Notes under the pieces: generated by a model
What the model was told of the DNA's origin: nothing
The model's database searches: none
What the model saw: only the letters and a program-made list of their open reading frames with translations
Assembly: GCA_046484135.1 (NCBI GenBank)
Contig: JAWOBU010000010.1
Location: forward strand, 1-11,971
Direction: 5' to 3'
Length of the DNA: 11,971 bases
Source: a bacterium
Lineage (GTDB): Bacteria; RBG-13-61-14; DATKZS01
Shown: positions 1-5,654 of the stretch, piece by piece
How positions within the stretch are numbered: position 1 is the first letter of the stretch
How the letters are laid out: each line of letters opens with the position of its first letter
Translations under genes and position numbers: made by a program

Positions 1-340
1 AGTTTTCACTGGTCTCGAACACGGCGGTCTTCTTGCCGCACTCGATGCGGTTTGACCGTTTGTTCTCCACCGACCGGCCCACCCGAACGCTTGCTCCGGC
101 CGCGTCCCAATATACCTCGAACTCGTCCCACAACCTCCGCGAGTATCTTTCGCCCTCCTTATGCAAGTAATCGGCCTCCCGGCCATGGGTAAGCCGGCCG
201 GCTTCGGCGAGAAGACCGGGCTGGTTCTCTTTCAGGTAGACCACAATGTCCCAGCCCTGGCCGGTTACGAACTTGAAAAACCGCTTTTGTGCGTACAAAG
301 CGTCAGCAACCACCGCATCGAAAAACCGTTTGCCAAGCCC
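1..340 (-). mobile_element. 5'-truncated DDE transposase fragment (ISAs1-like/DDE_Tnp_1 type), runs off the window start
   Basis: Manual minus-strand translation: GLGKRFFDAVVADALYAQKRFFKFVTGQGWDIVVYLKENQPGLLAEAGRL...RVGRSVENKR...ETSEN. The V-x-ADAL-x-x-Q and later D-x-V-x-x-LK-x-NQP-x-L pattern matches the region around the second catalytic Asp of ISAs1-like transposases. The frame is closed by a TAA about 30 codons upstream (~428-430), so the N-terminal half is missing. Not in the supplied ORF track. Confidence 0.75.
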
Positions 341-405
341 CGCTCCACCGTGGGTCGCTGGGTGGCTCCAAAGCGGCAACAGGCGGAACTTCACAAAACA
401 TGTTG

Positions 406-434
406 TTGAAAGCTTTAAGACTTTTAGTTATTCT
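406..434 (+). promoter_or_regulatory. Candidate sigma70 promoter for the transglutaminase-ABC ATPase pair
   Basis: TTGAAA (406-411), 17 bp spacer, TATTCT (429-434), in an AT-rich stretch about 57 bp upstream of the ATG at 492. Confidence 0.45.
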
Positions 435-491
435 GATCTAAGCTTGTCCGGAAGCTGTACGTTTTGTTCTTCCCGGCCGAAAGGATGGAGC

Positions 492-2051
492 ATGGCAAAG
501 AGCGTAAAGAATTCCCGGGTTTTAACCATCGTGATAATAGTGATCCTGGCCGTATGGGCGGGGGTGATGGGCGTCTACCTCGCCAAGCACCGGCAGGCGG
601 AGACAACACCCCAAACGCCCGCAACAAGCCCCGGCGCCACCGTCAGCCCGGACGAGCAGTGGGAAAAGGAGCGCTGGAGCGGCATCTACATGAAGGACAC
701 CAAGATCGGCTACGCTGTCTCGCGTCTCCAGAAGGAAGGCGACGAGTACCGGGTATGGTACAAGCTGCGCGTCCGTCTTAACATGATGGGGACCCGCCAG
801 GACATCCGCCAGAACCTTCGCGGCAGGCTGGACAGCCGGTATCGCTTGAAGTCTTATCACGCCGAGATAATCTCGCCCGCCATGACTCTCGAGAGCAAAG
901 GCCACATGGAAGGAAACAACCTAGTCATGCAGTTCATGACCGGCGGAGAAAAGGCTTCCCACCAGCTTCGCTTTGAACATCCCGTGTCCCTGGGCACTGA
1001 TTGGGAGATAGAGGCCCGGCTTGCCGATCCCCAGCCGGGCGATAAAATCTCGGTCCCCGTTTTCGAGCCCACCATGAGTCAGAAGCTGCCGGTAACCGTC
1101 GAGATAATGGAAGAAGACGCCGTAAAAATCGGCGACCGCAAGGTGCCGGCATACAAGGCCCGCATGAAGATGAACTCCCATACCACCTGGCTGTGGTTCT
1201 CGAAGGACGACAACAAGATCATAAAGAATTACGACCCGGCCACCGGCTTCGTGATCCTCTTGGAAGGAAGGCAACAGGCCCTGGAGGTGGACTGGGAAAA
1301 GGCGGAAAGCACGGACATGCTCCTGTCCTTGCGCGTGCCTTCCAGCACTGCCATCATCAAACCCCGAGAGGTCGTCTATTTAAAAGCCCGCTTGAAAAAC
1401 ATCTCCCTTGAAGAGCTGGAGCTTTCCGCAGCGGGAAGACAAACCGCGAACGGGTCTACCGTCGAGGTCCGCGTGGAAAGCGCCTTGCCCGCCAAAGGGT
1501 ATGAAATACCCATCCGGGACTCGCTGCCGGACAAAGCTGAAGAGTTCCGGTCCTCGCTCGTGCCTTCCGCGCATATCCAGTCGGACCATCGCCGCATAAA
1601 ACAAGCCGCCCAGAAGGCACTGGACGGCGCTACCCGGGCGGTACCCGCGGTGGAAAACCTTTTGTCCTACATGGATAGCACCATGGACAAATCCATGGTC
1701 TACACCATACCTTCCGCGCTGGAGGTCCTGGAGAGCAAAAAAGGGGCATGCAAGGAGCACACCATTCTTTTCACGGCCCTGTGCCGGGCCGCGGGAATAC
1801 CCGCCCGGCCGGTTTACGGCATAGTTTACTCCGAAGAGATGCTGGTGGAAGGGTTTTACTATCACGCCTGGACCGAGGCCTACCTTGCCGGCGAGGACGG
1901 ACAAGGCAAGTGGGTGGCTGCGGACCCCACTTTTAACCAGCTTCCCGCGGACGCAGTCCATATAAAGATGGGACAGGGAAAGGTCGGCAACATCACCAGC
2001 CTGATGGGGGTGATCGGAAAGCTTAAAGTACAAGTGGAGGAGTATCATTGA
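492..2051 (+). CDS. Membrane-anchored transglutaminase-like (Cys-His-Asp) domain protein, 519 aa
   Basis: ATG at 492 preceded by AAGGATGGAG. The track start at 246 overlaps the transposase remnant and is rejected. N-terminal TM segment IVIIVILAVWAGVMGVYL. C-terminal motifs GACKEHTILFTALCRAAGIPARPVYG (Cys420), YHAWTEAY (His458) and WVAADPT (Asp478) form an intact transglutaminase-core triad. Confidence 0.9.
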   Translation: MAKSVKNSRVLTIVIIVILAVWAGVMGVYLAKHRQAETTPQTPATSPGATVSPDEQWEKERWSGIYMKDTKIGYAVSRLQKEGDEYRVWYKLRVRLNMMGTRQDIRQNLRGRLDSRYRLKSYHAEIISPAMTLESKGHMEGNNLVMQFMTGGEKASHQLRFEHPVSLGTDWEIEARLADPQPGDKISVPVFEPTMSQKLPVTVEIMEEDAVKIGDRKVPAYKARMKMNSHTTWLWFSKDDNKIIKNYDPATGFVILLEGRQQALEVDWEKAESTDMLLSLRVPSSTAIIKPREVVYLKARLKNISLEELELSAAGRQTANGSTVEVRVESALPAKGYEIPIRDSLPDKAEEFRSSLVPSAHIQSDHRRIKQAAQKALDGATRAVPAVENLLSYMDSTMDKSMVYTIPSALEVLESKKGACKEHTILFTALCRAAGIPARPVYGIVYSEEMLVEGFYYHAWTEAYLAGEDGQGKWVAADPTFNQLPADAVHIKMGQGKVGNITSLMGVIGKLKVQVEEYH

Positions 2052-2827
2052 GTGCAGGAAGTTCTTTGATAAAGACGGTTGAGTTGACCAAGCACTACGG
2101 CCGCGTCCGCGCTGTGGACGGCGTGGACATGGAAGTAAACGCCGGCGAAATCTACGGCTTCCTGGGACCGAACGGCGCGGGCAAGACCACCACCATCCGG
2201 ATGCTGATCGGTCTTTTAAAGCCGACCTCCGGAAAGGTGTACATAGACGGACACGACCTGGTCAAAGAGCCGGTGGCCGCCAAGAGCGTGGTCGGCTTTA
2301 TCCCCGATCGGCCCTACCTGTACGAGAAGCTCACCGGAGAAGAGTTCCTCCGCTTCATGGCCGGCCTCTACGGCATGGAAAAGGAAAAGGTGGACCCCAA
2401 AATGGAGGAGCTCCTCGATTTCTTCAGCCTCTCCGACTGGGGGAACGAGCTGGTGGAAAGCTACTCGCACGGAATGAAGCAACGGCTTATCATGGCCTCC
2501 GCTTTCATCCACTCGCCCAAGTGCATCATCGTGGACGAGCCCATGGTAGGGCTTGATCCCAAGGGAGCGCGGCTTTTAAAGGACACCTTCCGAAAGCTGG
2601 CTCGCGAAGGCGGAGCAGTGTTCATGAGCACCCACACCCTGGAGATAGCGGAGAGCATGTGCGACCGCCTGGCCATCATAGACCACGGCCGCATCATCGC
2701 GGAAGGGACCATGGAGGAGCTTCGAAAGCGGAGCGCCGAACCGGAAGAGGCCCACCTGGAGGACATCTTCTTATCGCTGGTGGGAAGGGAAGACATGCAC
2801 GACGTGATCGAAAGCATCCGGCTTTGA
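2048..2827 (+). CDS. ABC transporter ATP-binding protein (ABC-2/exporter type), 259 aa
   Basis: Walker A GPNGAGKTT, signature variant YSHGMKQR, Walker B IIVDEP, D-loop GLDP, H-loop STH. The TTG start overlaps the upstream stop (TTGA), with GGAGGAG upstream. Confidence 0.95.
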   Translation: MSAGSSLIKTVELTKHYGRVRAVDGVDMEVNAGEIYGFLGPNGAGKTTTIRMLIGLLKPTSGKVYIDGHDLVKEPVAAKSVVGFIPDRPYLYEKLTGEEFLRFMAGLYGMEKEKVDPKMEELLDFFSLSDWGNELVESYSHGMKQRLIMASAFIHSPKCIIVDEPMVGLDPKGARLLKDTFRKLAREGGAVFMSTHTLEIAESMCDRLAIIDHGRIIAEGTMEELRKRSAEPEEAHLEDIFLSLVGREDMHDVIESIRL

Positions 2828-2879
2828 AACAAACCCCTCCCCTTATTTGCAAGATTCCCTGAAAAGCCTTTTGGCTCTC

Positions 2880-3029
2880 ACTTCCCAAACAGGACAGACT
2901 TGGAGCTTGCCCTCTTATAAAACAGGGAGTCAGGGAGGCAAAAAGCCTGTTCTCAGGTTGAGGTCCCCTTTTGTTAGCGGGCCGAGACTGTCCAAGACCA
3001 TTGAGAGGAAGAGAAAGCTGCTCTGGTTC
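2880..3029 (-). mobile_element. Possible decayed 3' end of an IS4-family element
   Basis: Minus strand 3029-2988 encodes EPEQLSLPLNGLGQ, which contains a QLSLPL beta-clamp-type motif followed by LGQ (CTTGGACAG). This resembles, from memory, the C-terminus and subterminal motif of some IS4-family transposases. No catalytic region is present. Confidence 0.3.
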
Positions 3030-3290
3030 ACTCTTCCGCATACTTCCAGGCCTTACAAGCACTGATAGCCGGGAGAAGAATAACCAGCTATCAAGGTTGA
3101 TTACTGAATCATAGGGTAGTATTACACCCTACTGGGACCACCCTGTGAACCCACCCCGAGTTCAAATTCCATATCTCGCTTTCACAATTTAGTTACAAGA
3201 GAGCAATCTTAAAATGAAAATTGAAATCCAAAAAGAGAAAATGGAGTAACTCCTTTATAAAAACGGGGGAACTCCACAAAAGATTCTTTC

Positions 3291-3319
3291 TTGACAACTC
3301 CCGGCTTGAGTGCTATGAT
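3291..3319 (+). promoter_or_regulatory. Near-consensus sigma70 promoter of the exbB-exbD-tonB-receptor operon
   Basis: Perfect -35 TTGACA (3291-3296), 17 bp spacer, -10 TATGAT (3314-3319) with extended-10 TG at 3311-3312. It ends 27 bp before the ATG at 3347. Confidence 0.85.
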
Positions 3320-3336
3320 TTATTAAATCGTGCTAC
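3310..3336 (+). promoter_or_regulatory. Putative repressor operator (NikR-like) overlapping the -10 box and predicted start site
   Basis: GTGCTAT (3310-3316), 13 bp AT-rich spacer GATTTATTAAATC (itself dyad-symmetric, GATTT-ATT-AAATC), GTGCTAC (3330-3336). The repeat is seen directly. The NikR assignment rests on recalled similarity to deltaproteobacterial NikR sites. Confidence 0.6.
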
Positions 3337-3346
3337 AGGCGGAGCC

Positions 3347-4345
3347 ATGAGAAAAGTAATCTGGACAATCGTATTAATTGCCTTTTTTCTTCTGCCCCAG
3401 TCAGGAAGGGGTGAAAAAAAGGCTGTTGAAGAAAAGCAACTAAAAGGCGGATCATCCGTAGAAAGTAAAACGGCGGGTGACGGAGACAAATCGAGTGTTC
3501 CAGAAAAAGAAGAAAATGTCGGCGCCGGCAACGGAACGAGCGGCACCACGGTTGCCGGTCCGCCTGCCTCACAAACTCCCCCGGAAAACAAATCTTTAAG
3601 CTCGCCCGCCAATAGCGGGGCCTACCCCCCTGAAAATAGCTTGGTTCCCAGGCTTATGTCTCTTATGGAGGTTGGAATTGACTGGGTATTATGGCTTCTT
3701 TTCGGGCTGGGCGGCATCAGTATTTTGATACTTATAGAAAGGGTTATTTATTTTTCGGTTTACGGCGGCGCAATTAACAAGACACGTTCGGAGCTTATCA
3801 ATTGCTTGGCGGAAGGAGACCTTGAAAAAGCCCGGCAGGCTTTTCGGTCGAAGAGGACCATAGCGGGGAAGGTGGTTTCGGAAGCCCTGGAACATGCTAA
3901 CCGCGCTCCCGAGGCCGTGCAGGAGATTGTTGAATCTCGTCTCATGGAAGAGAGACAGCGTTTGGAGCGCGGGCTTAGCTTTGTAGGCACGGTAGGCTCG
4001 AACGCCCCCTTCATCGGACTTTTCGGCACGGTGCTGGGTATAATCAAGGCCTTTCACGATCTTTCCCTAGCCGAACAAGCCGGCACCTCGATCGTGATGG
4101 TGGGAATCTCCGAGGCATTAGTGGCCACAGCCGTAGGTCTTTTAGTTGCCATTCCGTCGGTGATTATCTTCAATGTTTTCAAAACCAGGACCAAGTCAGT
4201 TCTTTACGGCACCGAGTCCATGTTCAAGCTCTTTTTGTCCAGACAGCTCGATCTTTGCTTACAAAAAGAAGGCGGCTCCGGCTGGCCTGAAGCAGAGAGG
4301 AGCACTGCTGCCGGCCGAGAGGGAGACGGCAATGGCGGTTCTTAA
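3347..4345 (+). CDS. exbB: MotA/TolQ/ExbB proton channel protein with N-terminal signal-like segment and low-complexity extension, 332 aa
   Basis: Motifs LERGLSFVGTVGSNAPFIGLFGTVLGIIKAF and GISEALVATAVGLLVAIPS. ATG at 3347 follows GGCGGAG and lies downstream of the promoter, whereas the track's TTG at 3221 is upstream of the promoter. Confidence 0.93.
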   Translation: MRKVIWTIVLIAFFLLPQSGRGEKKAVEEKQLKGGSSVESKTAGDGDKSSVPEKEENVGAGNGTSGTTVAGPPASQTPPENKSLSSPANSGAYPPENSLVPRLMSLMEVGIDWVLWLLFGLGGISILILIERVIYFSVYGGAINKTRSELINCLAEGDLEKARQAFRSKRTIAGKVVSEALEHANRAPEAVQEIVESRLMEERQRLERGLSFVGTVGSNAPFIGLFGTVLGIIKAFHDLSLAEQAGTSIVMVGISEALVATAVGLLVAIPSVIIFNVFKTRTKSVLYGTESMFKLFLSRQLDLCLQKEGGSGWPEAERSTAAGREGDGNGGS

Positions 4346-4742
4346 TAAATGGGACGACGAAGAGATAATGTCCGAGATTAATATAGTTCCCCTGGTGGAC
4401 ATTATGCTGGTTCTTTTAATAATACTTATGGTAACCGCCACTTTTATGTACTCTCCGGCAATACCGGTAGAGCTTCCCAAAGCCAAGACAGCGGAAGACC
4501 CGCCTGCCAAAGCCTTTGCCCTGGTCATGGACGACGACGGGAACCTCTACATGAACGGCGAGAAAACCACTGCCGAAAAAGCCATGAGCTCTCTTCAAAA
4601 AGCGGTGAGAAAAAACCCTGAAGTCAAGGCCATTGTGGCTGCTGACGGGAGTGTCGAGTACCGGGACGTGATCTGGATCATTGACCTGGTTAAAACGGCG
4701 GGCGTTAAGGACTTTGCCTTGAACGTACAGAAAGAGGAGTAG
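4332..4742 (+). CDS. exbD: ExbD/TolR biopolymer transport protein, 136 aa
   Basis: SEINIVPLVDIMLVLLIILMVTA (TM with conserved Asp), VELPKA, and IVAADGSVEYRDVIWIIDLVKTAG. ATG at 4332 follows GAGGGAG and overlaps the exbB end by 14 nt. Confidence 0.95.
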   Translation: MAVLNKWDDEEIMSEINIVPLVDIMLVLLIILMVTATFMYSPAIPVELPKAKTAEDPPAKAFALVMDDDGNLYMNGEKTTAEKAMSSLQKAVRKNPEVKAIVAADGSVEYRDVIWIIDLVKTAGVKDFALNVQKEE

Positions 4743-4744
4743 TT

Positions 4745-5620
4745 TTGAAAAACCGCCGCCTATCCCGGTTGCGCACCGGAATGAAAAGGCCGCCTGTCGA
4801 GGACATGAACAGGCCGTTCCGGATCGGTGTTTACAAAACCGGCTTTAACTGGGGATGGCCGGTGGCTTTTTTGGTGGTCGCTTCTCTTTTCAGCTCGGCT
4901 TACGGCCTGGTGGAGGTTGCCGGGGTGCAGGAAAAACCCGACCGGGACAGCTACCAGGTCAAGGTGGTGGAAAAAGAAATTACGAAGCCGCCTCCCCCGC
5001 CTAAGCCAGAGCCAAAGCCGGAGCCGGTGAAAGAGTCGCCTCCGAAACCGGAACCCGAAAAGAAAACCAAGAAGCCTGACAAAAAGAAAAAGCCGGAACC
5101 TCCTCCTGAGAAGCCCCCCAAAAAGAAAAAAAAGCCGCCCCTGGCCCAGGTGAAAAAGCCGGAGCCCAAGACCCATAAATCGGCTGAAGAGCCGCCCGAC
5201 AAGCCGGTGAAAGAGGTCTTCGGCGTTGATAAAAACAGTGTCTCGGATAAAGGAGAAAAAGCGGTGCCGGTGGGCAACAAGCTCATGAAGGAGCCTGAAG
5301 AAGAGTTCACCGAGCCGGAAGACGTTAAAGAGACGTATCGGGCGCCCCAGGTGAGCAAACCTCCCCGCTACCTGGTCAGGAAAAAGCCGGCTTATCCGCG
5401 CCAGGCCCTGGATAAAGGAGTGGAGGGAGTAGTCAAGATCGAAGTTGTCGTTGACGAACGCGGCAGGCCGGGAAGGACCAAAGTAATAAAAAGTCTCGGC
5501 TCCGAGCTTGACAGCGCAGCAGTGGAGGCGGTGAAAAAATGGCGGTTCGTGCCCGCCCGGATGGACGGAGAACGGGTGGCCTGCAAAGTGATCGTGCCGG
5601 TGGTCTTCCGCATAAGATAA
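4745..5620 (+). CDS. tonB: TonB energy transducer, about 291 aa (start uncertain: TTG 4745, or ATG 4781/4805)
   Basis: TM anchor (WPVAFLVVASLFSSAYGLV), Pro/Lys/Glu-rich spacer, and C-terminal TonB_C pattern PAYPRQALDKGVEGVVKIEVVVDERG...LDSAAVEAVKKWRFVPA...VPVVFRI. GAGGAG lies 5 nt before TTG 4745. Confidence 0.93.
   Translation: MKNRRLSRLRTGMKRPPVEDMNRPFRIGVYKTGFNWGWPVAFLVVASLFSSAYGLVEVAGVQEKPDRDSYQVKVVEKEITKPPPPPKPEPKPEPVKESPPKPEPEKKTKKPDKKKKPEPPPEKPPKKKKKPPLAQVKKPEPKTHKSAEEPPDKPVKEVFGVDKNSVSDKGEKAVPVGNKLMKEPEEEFTEPEDVKETYRAPQVSKPPRYLVRKKPAYPRQALDKGVEGVVKIEVVVDERGRPGRTKVIKSLGSELDSAAVEAVKKWRFVPARMDGERVACKVIVPVVFRIR
4987..5200 (+). repeat. Low-complexity Pro/Lys/Glu coding repeats of the TonB spacer
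   Basis: PPPPPKPEPKPEP...PPKPEPEKKTKKPDKKKKPEPPPEKPPKKKKKPP; typical of TonB proteins. Confidence 0.8.
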
Positions 5621-5654
5621 AAACACCCATGGAAGAAGATAAAGGAGGAGTTTA

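Noticed and set aside
340..376. Imperfect hairpin CCGCT-CCACC...GGTGG...AGCGG at the transposase breakpoint
   Set aside because: Short, bulged, GC-rich and single-copy in the window. It cannot be distinguished from chance.
246..491. N-terminal extension of the 601-aa ORF
   Set aside because: It overlaps the antisense transposase remnant and the candidate promoter. ATG 492 has an RBS-like sequence and puts the TM anchor at the N-terminus.
2847..3065. 72-aa plus-strand ORF and 122-aa minus-strand ORF (2694-3062) as real genes
   Set aside because: No clear RBS or family motifs. The minus ORF overlaps the ABC ATPase, and only its short QLSLPL segment is noted as a possible relic.
3211..3232. 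Fur-box-like AAAATGAAAATTGAAATCC
   Set aside because: Only one half resembles a Fur site, the context is AT-rich, and it is about 60-80 bp upstream of the -35 box. Too weak to call.
3221..3346. TTG start of the 374-aa exbB ORF
   Set aside because: It lies upstream of the consensus promoter and operator. ATG 3347 gives a signal-like N-terminus.
2828..3346. Cobalamin or other known riboswitch upstream of the operon
   Set aside because: No recognisable conserved boxes by eye, and the strong promoter leaves only about 20 nt of UTR.
4173..4331. Extended exbD start, and similarly 9380-9511 for the second methylase
   Set aside because: These produce long overlaps with upstream genes and no family-like sequence. 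Internal ATGs at 4332 and 9512 fit better.
4760..5626. Long antisense ORFs (also 1380-2048, 6387-6950, 8749-9723, 9743-10270)
   Set aside because: They are shadows of well-supported plus-strand genes, explained by codon bias, and carry no recognisable motifs.
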